In this document: piece after piece, positions 48,219 through 59,553 of the stretch | Position numbering within the stretch: position 1 is the first letter of the stretch | Layout: each line of letters opens with the position of its first letter | NCBI GenBank assembly: GCA_965178125.1 | Contig: OZ237751.1 | Coordinates: 806,001 to 870,000 of the forward strand | From: Bilabrum cf. latius | Lineage: Eukaryota | Direction: 5' to 3' | DNA length: 64,000 bases | The notes under the pieces: generated by a model | What the model was told of the DNA's origin: nothing | Seen by the model: the letters and a program-made list of their open reading frames with translations, nothing else | Databases searched by the model: none | Program-made: the position numbers and the translations under genes

Positions 48219-50620
48219 TCACCCTTGCCCGCCATCACCGTTCCCTTGCCTCCCCCCTTCCTCACCATCCTCTCGCGCTTCAGCCGCCCGCAGGTCCTCC
48301 CCGCTCACGTGCTCCCCCGGAATCAGGCAACCGAAAAGCACCACAGCCACCACCACTCCCACCACTGCCACCCCGCCGCAGGTCGCAGCCACGACCACCA
48401 CGAACCAAGTCTGGTCCTCCTCCAGCCCTGACCTCAGATTCATACCAAACACCCCAGCCACTGCAGCCGCCGCCCCCATCAGCACCGCCAGCAGCGACAT
48501 CCCCACGTCCAGCCGCAGCAGCAGGTTCCGCTGGCTCGCCAAGACGAGGGACAGCTGGCTCTCGGCTGCCTCCAGCTCCTGTAGCAGACCCCTGGCCTGT
48601 CTGGCCACCCCCTCCCCCATGGACAAATAGGACTCCACCACCAGCTCGGAGGCCTCTCTAGCGGCCGCCCGGGCTCGCGCAGCCGAGCCCACCTCCATCT
48701 CAGCTGCGTGCAGCAGCGCTAGCTTCGTGGGTCGCGGGTGCACTGCACTGCTGCGCGATCCCCTCCTCGTCGGACTCGCCACATCATCGCCCACCGCACT
48801 GGTGCTCTGTTCCCCTTCGCCCCCTCCGTACCTGGCCCCCCTTCCTTCTCCTCCTCCTTCTACTTGCTCCTGATCCTGCTCCTGCTGCTACCCCCCCTTT
48901 GGATCATCTTGTGCACTACCTGCCGCCCTGACGACGTCATCGCCGGCACCAGCACAACCTGCTCTGCCATCCGCTTTCGCCTCTGCCTGCCCCGACACCA
49001 CGGAAGCTGCATCCGAATCGGCCCGCGCCATCGTGCGCTGCGCCTCCGCCACCGACGGGTCACCACCCCCACCCCCACCCCCACCACCCCCACCACCACC
49101 ATGACCCGGGTCATCCTCGGGCAGACCCAAGACCCTCCTCCTCACGGTCAGCGCAGCCTCCAGCCGAGCGTGACCCGAGAAGGCCAGCCTGTCCACGTCC
49201 TGATCGTCCTCCAGCAGCTGGTCGAGGGAATCCACGATGCTCTTGGCTCGGCTGAGGAACATCTCCACGCTGCGCTTGGCAGCTGCCAGCGCGGCCAGCG
49301 CAGAAGCCGACGGCGCGCTCGGCATCTCCAGTCCGTCTCCCTGCTTGGGCCCCGGCCCCGCGTCATCACCCCCTCCATCCAGCGCACCGCTCGTAGCCCC
49401 CACTCCCTGCAGCCAGGCGAACTGGGCGCCAGACGCGGACGAGCGGATCCCACCGCTCGCACCAGCGCCAGCACCCGCCCCGGCAGCCGAGGCGGCAGCC
49501 ACGAGTCGTCGCGAGACCGCTTTCCGATTCCCAGTCCCCCTGGCTGGAGCGAGCCGGCCGGTAATCTCAACGGATACATCCCCTGCGCCTGCCTCTTCCC
49601 CCACATCGTCCAGGTCGTCCTTGCTTTCCTCGCCTTCGACACTGCCGCTCCTACCACCATCGCCTCTCTCCCCCTGTCCCGGCTGCTCCTGTTGCTGCTC
49701 CTAGTGCCTGCCCACGAACTCCGCAGCCCCCGCGGCAGCTAGTTCCCTGGCCATGGCTCGCTCCATCTCCTCCTGTGCTGCAGCCGCACGCGCGAGGGCA
49801 CGCGCCCGCCGACCCAGCCCGATCTTGGCGAACGCCCCAGCACACTTCCGCATCAGCTGGCTCAGCTTCCCCCTCTGCTCAGACATTGCGGTGGCCAGCA
49901 AGGCCTCCAGCGCCCGCAACTCGAACGGCATCGCGGACGACCCGGAGAAGTGCCCCCCGTCTCCTCCCCCCATGCCCGCCCCCCCAGGCGTCCACTCGCC
50001 CATTGGCCCACCTGCGCCACCCGCACCCCCCTGCTCCTCGGCACTCGTCTCTCCTTCCGCCAGCAGCTGCTGCAGGCCACCCTCCTCACTCATCACACTC
50101 TAATGTCGACTCCTTGATTTCCCATCCTCGATTGCCACGCCACCTTCCTCGTCCTCCTCCCGCTCCTCTTCGTGCTCCTGCTCCTGCTGCTCATCTTCCT
50201 AGTGTGCCGTGCCAGCAACCGGACTGACCTGCGCCCGCCCTGCCCCCCCATCGCCCGCTTGTCCCCCCCCGACCCCTGCCAGTGATTGCTCCTCCCTCTC
50301 TCTCAGCTCTGCCTGCACGGCCAGCGCCAGCCGCTCCTGCGCCGCAATGCGATACTCCAGCAAGAGCAGCATCCCGTCCGCCCCCGGCTCAGAGAACAGC
50401 AGCACCCGGTCATGCATGACGAGTGCCCTCACAGACCGTAGGCTCACCACGAGGCAGTTGGCTCGTACCAGGAGGGCGGGCTCCTTGGCCTGGGAGAAGG
50501 CCAGGTCGATGGACCGCAGGTCACGGGGCTGCAGCACGAGGCCGGGGGCGGGGACCGCGTCAGGGGTCGAGGCAGCCTCGATAAGCGAACGTTCGTTGGC
50601 CTGGAGACCCTCCGGCATCG

Positions 50621-50654
<34 letters not shown>

Positions 50655-51287
50655 GAGCCCGAAGGCTCCTCCCTGCGGGCCTGCTGCCTGCGCCTCGAGC
50701 TGCGCGCCCCTTCCCCCCGTGACATCCCGCGTGCTGCCCATGGTACTCGCCAGGCCCAAGCTGGCCCCGAGGTCCAGGCGAGCAGGGAGGCCCGCCCTTT
50801 CTCCTCGCTAGTAGTTGCCAATGGGAGCTACTAGTCCACCGGTGGGACGAGGGAGGGGAGAGTGAAACGGGGAGGTCAGCGAATGCATGCTGCCCGAGCG
50901 GTGAATTCTTGCGAGATTCACCTAATCTGAATGGGTTGCGCCACGCAAAGGTGTGCTGGGGGCCAGCTGTCCGCCTGCTTGAGCAGCAGCATCGGCTGGC
51001 TCGGCATGCCCTTGCCGTGCGCCATCTCGCACAAATTGAGCGCGTAACTGTTCCAGATAAGCGATTCGATGGGACAGCTTGGTTCCTCGTTTTTCAACTT
51101 TTGAAGCACATTCGCTTCGAAGCTCTCGTCGGGCCATCGTCCTAGCTTGCATGGACTCTCGCAACACGTCCCGACGGGACGCTTGCCCCTGCTGCATGGG
51201 GAGCATTCCGCTCTCATCGCGTGACAAGCGCATAAAAAATATACTGTCACTTGCAGCAACGCTTTTACGTAGCCATCCGGCCGACAT
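48219..51287 (-). CDS. MRS2: MRS2/CorA-family magnesium transporter with large low-complexity insertions
   Basis: LQPRDLRSID..ALLVRANCLVVSL..VRALV..DRVLLF; MPFELRALEALL; LLEDDQDV; ELVVESY; L.SQRNLLLRLD; GVFGMNLRSGLEE (GMN motif). Five ORFs in one frame, 6 TAGs. Ends TGA. Start approximate. Confidence 0.9.
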
Positions 51288-51459
51288 GTCGGCTACAGCA
51301 GGCCAGTATTCTGCTCGCAGGATACCGTGACCGAACCTGCAACGACACTTGACGAACCTTCGATTCGGATGCACTGCACTGAGGCTCAAGTTGCCGATTC
51401 TTCGCAGCTTGCGTTCTCGGAGAGGCACTTGGAGATTTACGCAAAGTTGACCAGTTAAC

Positions 51460-52899
51460 ATGGGCGCCCAGATAGGAAGTGTGCCGTCTGCACCCTCAAA
51501 AGGGGTCGAAACCCCACGGAAGTACGGCCATCCGTCGGAGCCGCAGGCCGAATCAAAGACGCTGCTGTCTGAGACAGTGGAAGGGTCCAAACCTGGCGAG
51601 CCCGTTGCGGAATGGGTGTACGTCGACGATGGGGACCCCGTCTTTAGATAGAAAGCTTTGTTGATCCACAACTTGCTCAGTGATGAGGAGTGCGGCGCTA
51701 TTGTGGATATGCTCGAATCGAGAGGTATGGAGGCTTGCTACGGCTATCGTGCCGAATATCGAAACAATGGGCGGATCAAAATTGATGACAAATCCTTTGC
51801 TTCGGTTCTATGGGAACGTTGCCGCGGCATCATTGAGAAAGACCTCCCTTGTGATGCGGACGAGCACCCGCAGGACTCCCTGCCGACCGCGGAGAGCATC
51901 GCGAAGCGAGGGGTCGGGCTGCGGGACAGCGGCAGCCCCGAGCGGGACGATTCGTCTGACGACAAGTCCAAAAGGCGGCTTGAGCTTAAGTTTGGCCGCA
52001 TCTGCCGCGGCAGCGAATCGTACCGGTGGGCTGGCCCCGCCAGCATGGGGCTGTGGAAGCCGATCGGTCTCAATGAGATGTTCCGGGCCTGCCAGTACAT
52101 GCCTGGCGGGCACTTCAGTCCCCACGCGGATGGTTTCTTCGAGCGATCGTCCAACGAGCAGAGCCTTCTCACCTTCATGATGTACCTGAACGACGTGCCA
52201 GAGGGCCAGGGCGGCTGCACGCGGTTCTTCAAGTTCGCCCCCATGCGCCCTACGGACGTGGACGGGCAGGGTAGGGTGGTGGGCAGCGCCACCGATGTGG
52301 TCATGAAGGTTCGCCCGCGGCGCGGCACCGCGATCGTGTTCCCCCAAGGTATGATGAAGCACGACGGAGAGCCCCTTGGGGGAGGGGGCGCTGCGTTCGT
52401 CAGGTTTGCAGAGGCGTCCAAGAGAAAGATGACGAGTGGCACCGGCAGCAAGACCGATGCATGCGCAGGAGGCTCGGGCTCAGGCGCAGACAAGACGTCA
52501 AAGGAGGCCAAGGAAGACGAAGTGAAGACTGCCAGCGCAGATCGAGCGATAGCCGACGGAGAAAGTGACGGTGCAGACACAAGGGGTGCTGGTGCCGGTG
52601 CTGTATCCGGACCCGCAACAGGGGATGCCGGCGCAGACGCTCCACCAGATGCCAAGTCCGCGGGCGGTGCGGCTGGCAAGACCCCTGTCGCCAAGGGCCT
52701 CACCAAGTACATACTGCGCAGCGACGTGATGTACACTCGCGAGCCCGGCGGCACCGTTGAGATGGACGACGAAAAGTCTGAGGCACTGAGGTTCACGCGG
52801 CTTGCCAGGCGCCTGGAGGGCAATTCAGACTTTGAGGGGGCGAGGCGCGCCTATTCCAGAGCCTTCAAGCTTTGGCCCGACCTGGAGAAGTACATCTGA
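51460..52899 (+). CDS. Prolyl-4-hydroxylase-like 2OG-Fe(II) oxygenase
   Basis: LIHNLLSDEEC, YRNNGR, GLNEMFR..Y.PGGHFSPHADG, LTFMMYLND..GGCT.F, KHDG, KYILRSDVMY. N-terminal MGAQIGS joined through TAG 51649. Ends TGA. Confidence 0.9.
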
Positions 52900-53071
52900 T
52901 AGTACAGGGGGGGGGGGACTCGTTGTGGGGTGTCGCGAGTGTCATGTGCTCTGCCGAGCCAATGCATTTGTTGTGTGTCGATGCAGCTAGAAGTTTGACC
53001 TACCAGCCACACGAGTCTTAGTGCAACCACTGCAGTACGGGGCGCATCGATCCCAAGTTGCAATTCGGGAG

Positions 53072-56000
53072 TCACGGCTGCCCCTATCCCTTGGTCTGCT
53101 CCTGTCCATGTCCCGTATGCTCCACGACAGCCACCATTGCGCACAAGAGCTCCCGCAGCCTCGCGAGCGCCAGTTCCCCCACCGGCCAGACCTCCGCTGC
53201 AGGGTCGGGCACGTACTCCCATGGCTACCTGTCACTGCCACTGCCACTGCCTCGAGGACGACCGGGCCTCCTTGCTGCGCACCCGAGTGCCTGGTGGGAA
53301 TGGGATTCTTGCTCCTACCCTACATCGTGCTCACTGATAGCTTTATTTCCGCTATTTAGCCGAGCTAAGCGTCTCGCTGCGGCTTGCAGCATCGCAGTCG
53401 CCGGATGCTTCCCGACCTGCGGACTGCCTCGTGCTGCGGTGCTGGCCCTCAAACCAGCCTCACCCGCTAGCACGTGCATCTCCTGTCGTAAGCTCCGGTC
53501 GATCATGGCCTGGGCCACCTCTGTCTCCGCTTGAGCCACAGTCAGCCCCAGCGCCTGCATGGAGCGGGTCATCATGCCCAGCTCCAGCCGGACCTGCCAG
53601 CCTGCCATCTCAGCCGCCAGTCGTTCCAGCTGTCCTTGCAGCTCCTGAACTATGGGCTCAGGCGGGTGAGCACGGGCCTTGAACGACTCTATGGCCTCCA
53701 GCTCCCTCTCACCCTGCACCTCCTTGAGTGCACCAGGTCCGTGCACACGCAGTGGGGCACCTGGTCGTGTCCCACCCTCGCTCCCATCTGCAGTCCGTTT
53801 CAATCGGTTCAAATCCTGCATCATGAGCTCGTCGGATGGCGTGACTCGGCTCTTGATGGCATCGACCCTGGCGAGAAGGGAGTACGCAGCGGCTTGCGCC
53901 TTTCGAATGTCTCGCAGACAGTCCTGGCGGCGAGCGGCTTCAGCTTCAGCGGATGCAAGAAGGGGACGGCCATCGCTGCGTGCCTACGGGTCACCGCTCC
54001 CTTCCGCTATTTGATGCGATTGCTCTTCGGCCTCTCCAACACCCTCCCGCGCGCGTTCCTCCAGCTCATCCACCGCCTCTGCGAGCCCATGCGCCTGGCT
54101 GAAGAGCACCTTGCTGCGGGCCGCCAGCGGGCTGGCCGAGAGCTTGACCGCGAACGTGAAGCGAGTGCCCTGCACGGTGCTGGCAGGAGGTCGCGCGGAG
54201 TGCGGGATGTTACCATTGAACAGGGCCGCTCTTCCAAAGCGCGGGCTGACAGTTGCGATCACCTCCAAGCTCGGTCTGCTACCCCGGGTGCCTCCCTCGG
54301 CGCGCTGGTGTCCTGGCCTGCCGATATCCTCGTCTTCATCTTCCTCGGCCCCGCCCTCGTCCTCTTCATCCTCGTCATCCTCGTCATCCTCGTCATCCTC
54401 GTCTTCATACTCATTTGGATCGCCGCTTCTTTCTGTTATTGGATTCTCGACAGCGTCGTCCCAGAACATGGTCTCGCCGCCGTCGCCGTCCCCTAGGTCC
54501 TCGTTCAGGTAGATCAGCAGCGTGCGCTCCACCTCGTTCTCGCTCGAATCCGTGTGGTCTCTCGTGTGATCCCAGGCGCGTATGATGTTGCAGCTCACGT
54601 CATACGGGTGAAATCCCTCCCAAGGAGCTGCCGCGTCCACTAGGCCCTGCAGCGCGCCCCCCCATAGCCTGCTCCCCACGAGCGCAGCCACCTCTGCCCC
54701 GATGATCCACTGCACGTTGTCCGAACTCGGGCTCTCCGAGTCGTCAAACGATAGGGTGGCATTTTGTGCAAAGTACGCTCGCAGAGCACGCAGCATTCGC
54801 CCAGTCTCTGATCCTGCCATTGCGCCGTCCACCACCGCCAGCCGGCGGCCTACGGAGGTCCATCGCAACACGGCTGTCAGGTTGCCCTGCTGCTCACTCC
54901 GCTGCTGCGAATTGCTATCAGACTAGTTCGCACGGCTGTAAGTGCCAAATTCTGTCTCAGGGAGGTGGAAGACGCCCCTGGGGAAAGTCTCCCATGGCGA
55001 GGGAGCGAGCGCCATCGACACCATGAACTGCTCCACTGGACGCAGAGGGGAGAGCAGCGACTGCTGCGTCTCTCCGCCGGGTCGATCTACTTCCGGCCCA
55101 CGGGTCGACCGCGAAGATTGAAAAGCCGACACCAGGTCTTCATTTTTGCCAAACTCAGGGGTTTCCGCAAATCGGTCTGGGTGCAATTCGCCAGGCGGCT
55201 CGGTGTCTCGCTCTACCGGCGGCAAGGCGGCAGCCGACGCACGCGCCGCCAGGGCAACCGGGCGAGCCATCGCGTGCATGATCGTTTCCATGCAAGAGTG
55301 GATAGAACCCGCGCTGCATGCTGCAGCGTGATCTTCTCGTGGCTACTGCGCCGCCGAGTTGGTCGCAAGCCGCGAGGAGGCGAGCTCGGGCTGCTAGGAA
55401 GCGAGCACGGCAGTCGACAGGAACACGCTGCTCTTGCCGTGCTTGATCGACGGCGGTGTCACTCTAACCCCTGCTTGTCGCCCTGCATCAGAGCCGCAGT
55501 CCACGACCAGTGCTCTCCCAGCCGTCGGGCGAACGGCCGTGATTGCCTCCCAGCTGCCCGCAGGTGCGCTGCTCCGTTGGTGCACCACCAACTCGCCATA
55601 CCCGTCGTGGCCGTCGCCCCCACCAGAGCCAAGCGACATCAAAACTTGATAACGCAAAGGTGCATCTCCCATGGTCTTTTTGTCGGGACAGACGGGGGCT
55701 GTGCGGGTGGGGTCGCCCCGGCGAGCTACGACTGCGAAGGATTCTGCAAATTTGCTTGGTGGTGCCCATGTTCCAGATCCAGCGTTGCCGGCCAATTCGG
55801 CAACAATGGAATTGATTTCTTGCCCCAAGCTAGACTATGACAGCAAGCTGCTTCGAATTTTAGAGCCAAACTTCATGCCTGGAAGGTACGTCGCGCTGGA
55901 GCCGCGATACTACGAGCCCTGTATGTTTGCACGACTGCGCACAGGCATATTTTCCCAATCTCCTCCCAAGGACAAGTACTCCCTCCATTCAGCAGCATGC

Positions 56001-56149
56001 TAATGAGCGGCCGGTATATCGCAGTACCATCCCAGCGGCTCGTCGGAGTCTGCGCTTCGAAGCTCCTCGCACACAGCGCGGTGCCCTGAGTTTGGTTCCG
56101 TTCCAAGGCTGAGCTCAGTCAAGAAAGCAGCAAATGCGAGCACCTGCAT
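53072..56149 (-). CDS. About 1025-aa protein with putative signal peptide and 2OG-Fe(II) oxygenase domain(s)
   Basis: Five ORFs in one frame, about 10 TAGs. DHTD..TLLIYLN..GGETMFW..VSPRFGRAALFNGNIPHSARPP..RFTFAVK. An upstream degenerate copy (GELVV..VRPTAGRALVVD..PPS). Ends TGA 53072-53074. Confidence 0.8.
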
Positions 56150-56340
56150 GCTATGGTGTTTTGGCAGGATGGCGGTCGCTTGTGCTGAAAAAGGACCTGT
56201 GGTGACTTTAAATTCCGAGTAACTGCACTCGTCACACCGTCCATGACACGTGCTCCGCTCCACGGACGAGCAACGGAGTCATACCCCTTGTCTCGTCCAC
56301 GAAACCCCAAAGGACCCCCAACATCTAGAAATACAGAATC

Positions 56341-58176
56341 ATGTTTCTTCTGGTAGCGGCAGCAATCGTAGCGGTGTCGCACGCGCGGCGCGAAGTTAGG
56401 TTACCTCCGATTAATAAGCCGATGAGTGTCGCAGAGCTCAAAGCGAGCATTTTGCGAGAGTTTGAGGAGCCTCGTGAGGAATATCAAGCGAACCACGATG
56501 AAGTATCTTCTACGCCCGACCATGAACCTCCTCACGAGGTTCTGTTTACGAATGTCATCGGCGGGGACGAGGTTGAAGAGGAAGCTCGGGTTGCGATCGT
56601 GTCCGTGCCGCGCTCCGAGCTTGACTACGCAATGCTCCACCCGGCAGGATCTCATCTGCACGGATATGCATCGACTGAAGACATCGAAAGAGCGGGGCAC
56701 ATGCTTGTGAGGTGACTCAATCGTCTTTTGCCCGCGACAACCAAAGACTCGCCCACCAGTCAGCACGCACCACGCATCATGCTTCTTTGCACTTGACCGC
56801 AGGTAGTCAACTTGAACAAAGCTGGAATGCACGTGCACAACATGCAAGATAACCTCTTGTACTACTGCTAGTCGAGGAGGGGCCGTGAGACTATCGTAAA
56901 CGCAAGTCACAACCACCTGGAGTACGCATTCGAGGGAAGCCAGTGGCAGCTCACCGCAGACGAGAAGGCGCTGCTCTCTGAAGAGTACAAGGAAGAGGTG
57001 CTCCAGCGGCTGGGATGCCACGAACTCATGGAAATTCTGGTCAAGCGCCCCAGGATCGTGCTGCAGAAAGCCAAGCGCCCGGAGCTGGGCCAGGCCCTGG
57101 ACATCGCGCGCATCGAAACCAGACCGGTGTTCAAGAACATGTTCACGCGGCAGCACCTCCTGCCCACTCCTGCCGGCATCGTGGTTGGACGAGCAGCGCA
57201 CCCCTCGCTCGCCGACAGCCAGGAGCAGCTGCTCCTCGGCCTGCACATCGCGGGCGGGGAGCCGTTCGCCAAGGCAGGCGAGGACATCACGTTGGAAGGG
57301 GGCGACTATTTTTGCCTCAAGGCATCCAGAGACCTGACTCTGATCGGAACCGGGCGCCGCACCACGGAGGCAGCGGTGCGCTGGCTCATGCGGATCGGGG
57401 CGCCGCGCACTCGCAGGATTGCCGTCGTGCGGAACCTCGACGACGCTGCCCCGGAGCGCGCCCACCTGGACACCGTCTTCAACGTGTTCACCTCGCAGAA
57501 GGCCATCTTGCTGGACCGGACGGACGACGGTGATGAGGGCTACAAGCGCGTGGTCGACCTCTGGGAGCGGCCTGAGGGAACAACGGACCCCGAGGGGCCG
57601 GGGGATGCCCCCACCTCGGGGACGGGGTCCTATACAAAGACCCCCGGCAAGCAGGGGATCCCCCTGGGGAAGTACCTCAGGGAACAAGAGGGGTACGAAG
57701 TCATCCGGATGTCCCTGGGGCAGCAGGAGAACTTCTTCTCCACCTTTGCCCACCTAGGGGGGAAGACGATCCTCACCGGGTCACAGGAGCTGGAGGCGTT
57801 TGCCAGGGAACACGGGGTGTCGGAGTAGGAGGCGCAGTTCCAGTACCTCCCTGTGGAGGCCGTGCATGCACTGCACGGTGGTGTCCGCCACGCCGTCCTG
57901 CTTGGCCGCCAGCTCCCGTTCGGTACGGAGGAGGGCTTCCCCTAGTCGCAGGAGGAGCACGAGGCCCTGGTGAGGCAGGTGTTGGGGGTCAGGTTCGTGC
58001 CGGAGGATGGGGCCAGTGGGGAGGAGGAGCAGGAGGAGGAGGAGTGGAGGAGGTAGGATTCGGGCGGGGTGCCGTTCGATGAGATAGAGATGGCAGGGGC
58101 ACAAGGCGATGAAGACCACGGGCTCGGGCTTGGAGGTGGAGATGGGGAGGTGGGCACGGGCCGCGATTCGCTATGA
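56341..58176 (+). CDS. Arginine deiminase-like (amidinotransferase fold) protein with signal peptide, probably catalytically altered; intron 56707-56802
   Basis: LHPAGS, SEEYKEEVL, NMFTRQH..TPAGIVVG, LEGGDYF, LIGTGRRT, HLDTVFN, LHGGVRH. 4 TAGs; ends TGA. Confidence 0.8.
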
Positions 58177-58481
58177 CGAGTGAGTAGTGGTGATGGAGGC
58201 TGGGGGTGAGGGTGTGCTGCGTGATGCGGTGGTTCACTGCACGGAGACCCCGGGAGCAGAAAGGCCGGTCTTGCTCCGGATCCGGATGCATCTGCGCTGT
58301 CTGCAACCGACCGATTCGAGCGCTTGCTGCAAACCAATGGACCGGCGCAAGGGAGCATTGCATAGCCAGAGAATACACAGTAATATTCTAGACCAGAACA
58401 CGTTAAGGCGTGGCCAAGACACAATCTGTAGCAGCAGCCCATGCTGGCGCCCCTCTTTCCTGAATCAGTCGTCACTCGATA

Positions 58482-59258
58482 TCACGTTGCTGCACCTCCA
58501 GCCGCTTTCGACCTTGATTCCTCCTCTTTCTCCTTCTTGATCTCCTCTTCCTCGTCGCTGTCCAAGGGCGGGATCTCGTCGTTCCGCACGGCGAGCGCGG
58601 GACACTCGAAATTCGCGTAGGTCTCGTACTGGTACACGAGGTTGGGGATGCTCGGCCGGAACTTGCAGGTCGAAACTCCCAGCAGCTCGCGCAGTTTGGT
58701 CTCGTTCTCTCGTATTGTTGTTCCCAGGACCTTGCCGATCGGTTTGCCTTCGTCCGATTTGCCGCTCTTCAGCAGCAGTGCAGAGGCCTCAGCGTACTTG
58801 GCCCACACCTCGTGCGTAATGAAGGGCGGATCGATTACCACCAAATCAAAGGTTCCGTGCAAATCTGGGCTGATGTCCTCCGGCTTATTGAAGTCATAGA
58901 AAACAAATCCTGGGTCCTTTCCGAAGGCAGTAGAGTCAAAGTCGAAGCACTTGCAGCTTCGTCTAAGGTCTGCCGAGACTGAGTAATACAGCGATGGAGT
59001 GGACAAGAATGCCACGTTGCCCCCACATTCTTCGATAGCTTGCACAAAAACATCAATCGTGTGCTGCGAGTACCAGTACTGGTTCATGTCCTCCTTCTGC
59101 GAAGCTCATTGGGGAGTTGCAGTTGGGTCTCGACCAATGTGACACGCATTCAAATCGTGGACAGAATCCGGCTACTAGTCTCCAACGATGTCACTCACTT
59201 CTTCAACATCTTTCAGAAAATTTGCTTTGGAGACATCAGCCTCCGCAGATGCAGCCAT
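58482..59258 (-). CDS. EEF1AKMT1: EEF1A lysine methyltransferase 1 (N6AMT2/Efm5); intron 59097-59198
   Basis: EDMNQYWYS..T, VAFLSTPSLY, FVFYDFNKP, FDLVVIDPPF, CKFRP..Y.NF. Intron GTGAGT...CGCAG. Ends TGA. Confidence 0.92.
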
Positions 59259-59553
59259 GATATGCTTGGCAATTCTTGTGGTGTTGCATGTGAAGCGGTT
59301 CTAACCTCGCAGCGCCCTCAAATGTCCCAGGACCCATCAGTTGCCGTGTCTCAGAGGCCAAGGGGTCCCTCCGGCCTACTTGCGACCAGCCGAAGGCGTG
59401 CTTCGTAAGACCGCTACTCTGCAAGAGAAGCCGTGTCGAAGCGTATCGGCGAATCGCTAAACGCTCTGCGAAAGAATCTTGGCCTCTGGCTTAGCCGCGA
59501 GCAAGACTCTCTGGTTAAGCTTCCAAGTTGTGTTCTGTATTCCATCAAAGACC

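Noticed and set aside
51744-52823. Long antisense and alternate-frame ORFs (also 56401..57753, 62124..63344 and others)
   Set aside because: Shadows of GC-rich genes on the other strand or frame; no motifs.
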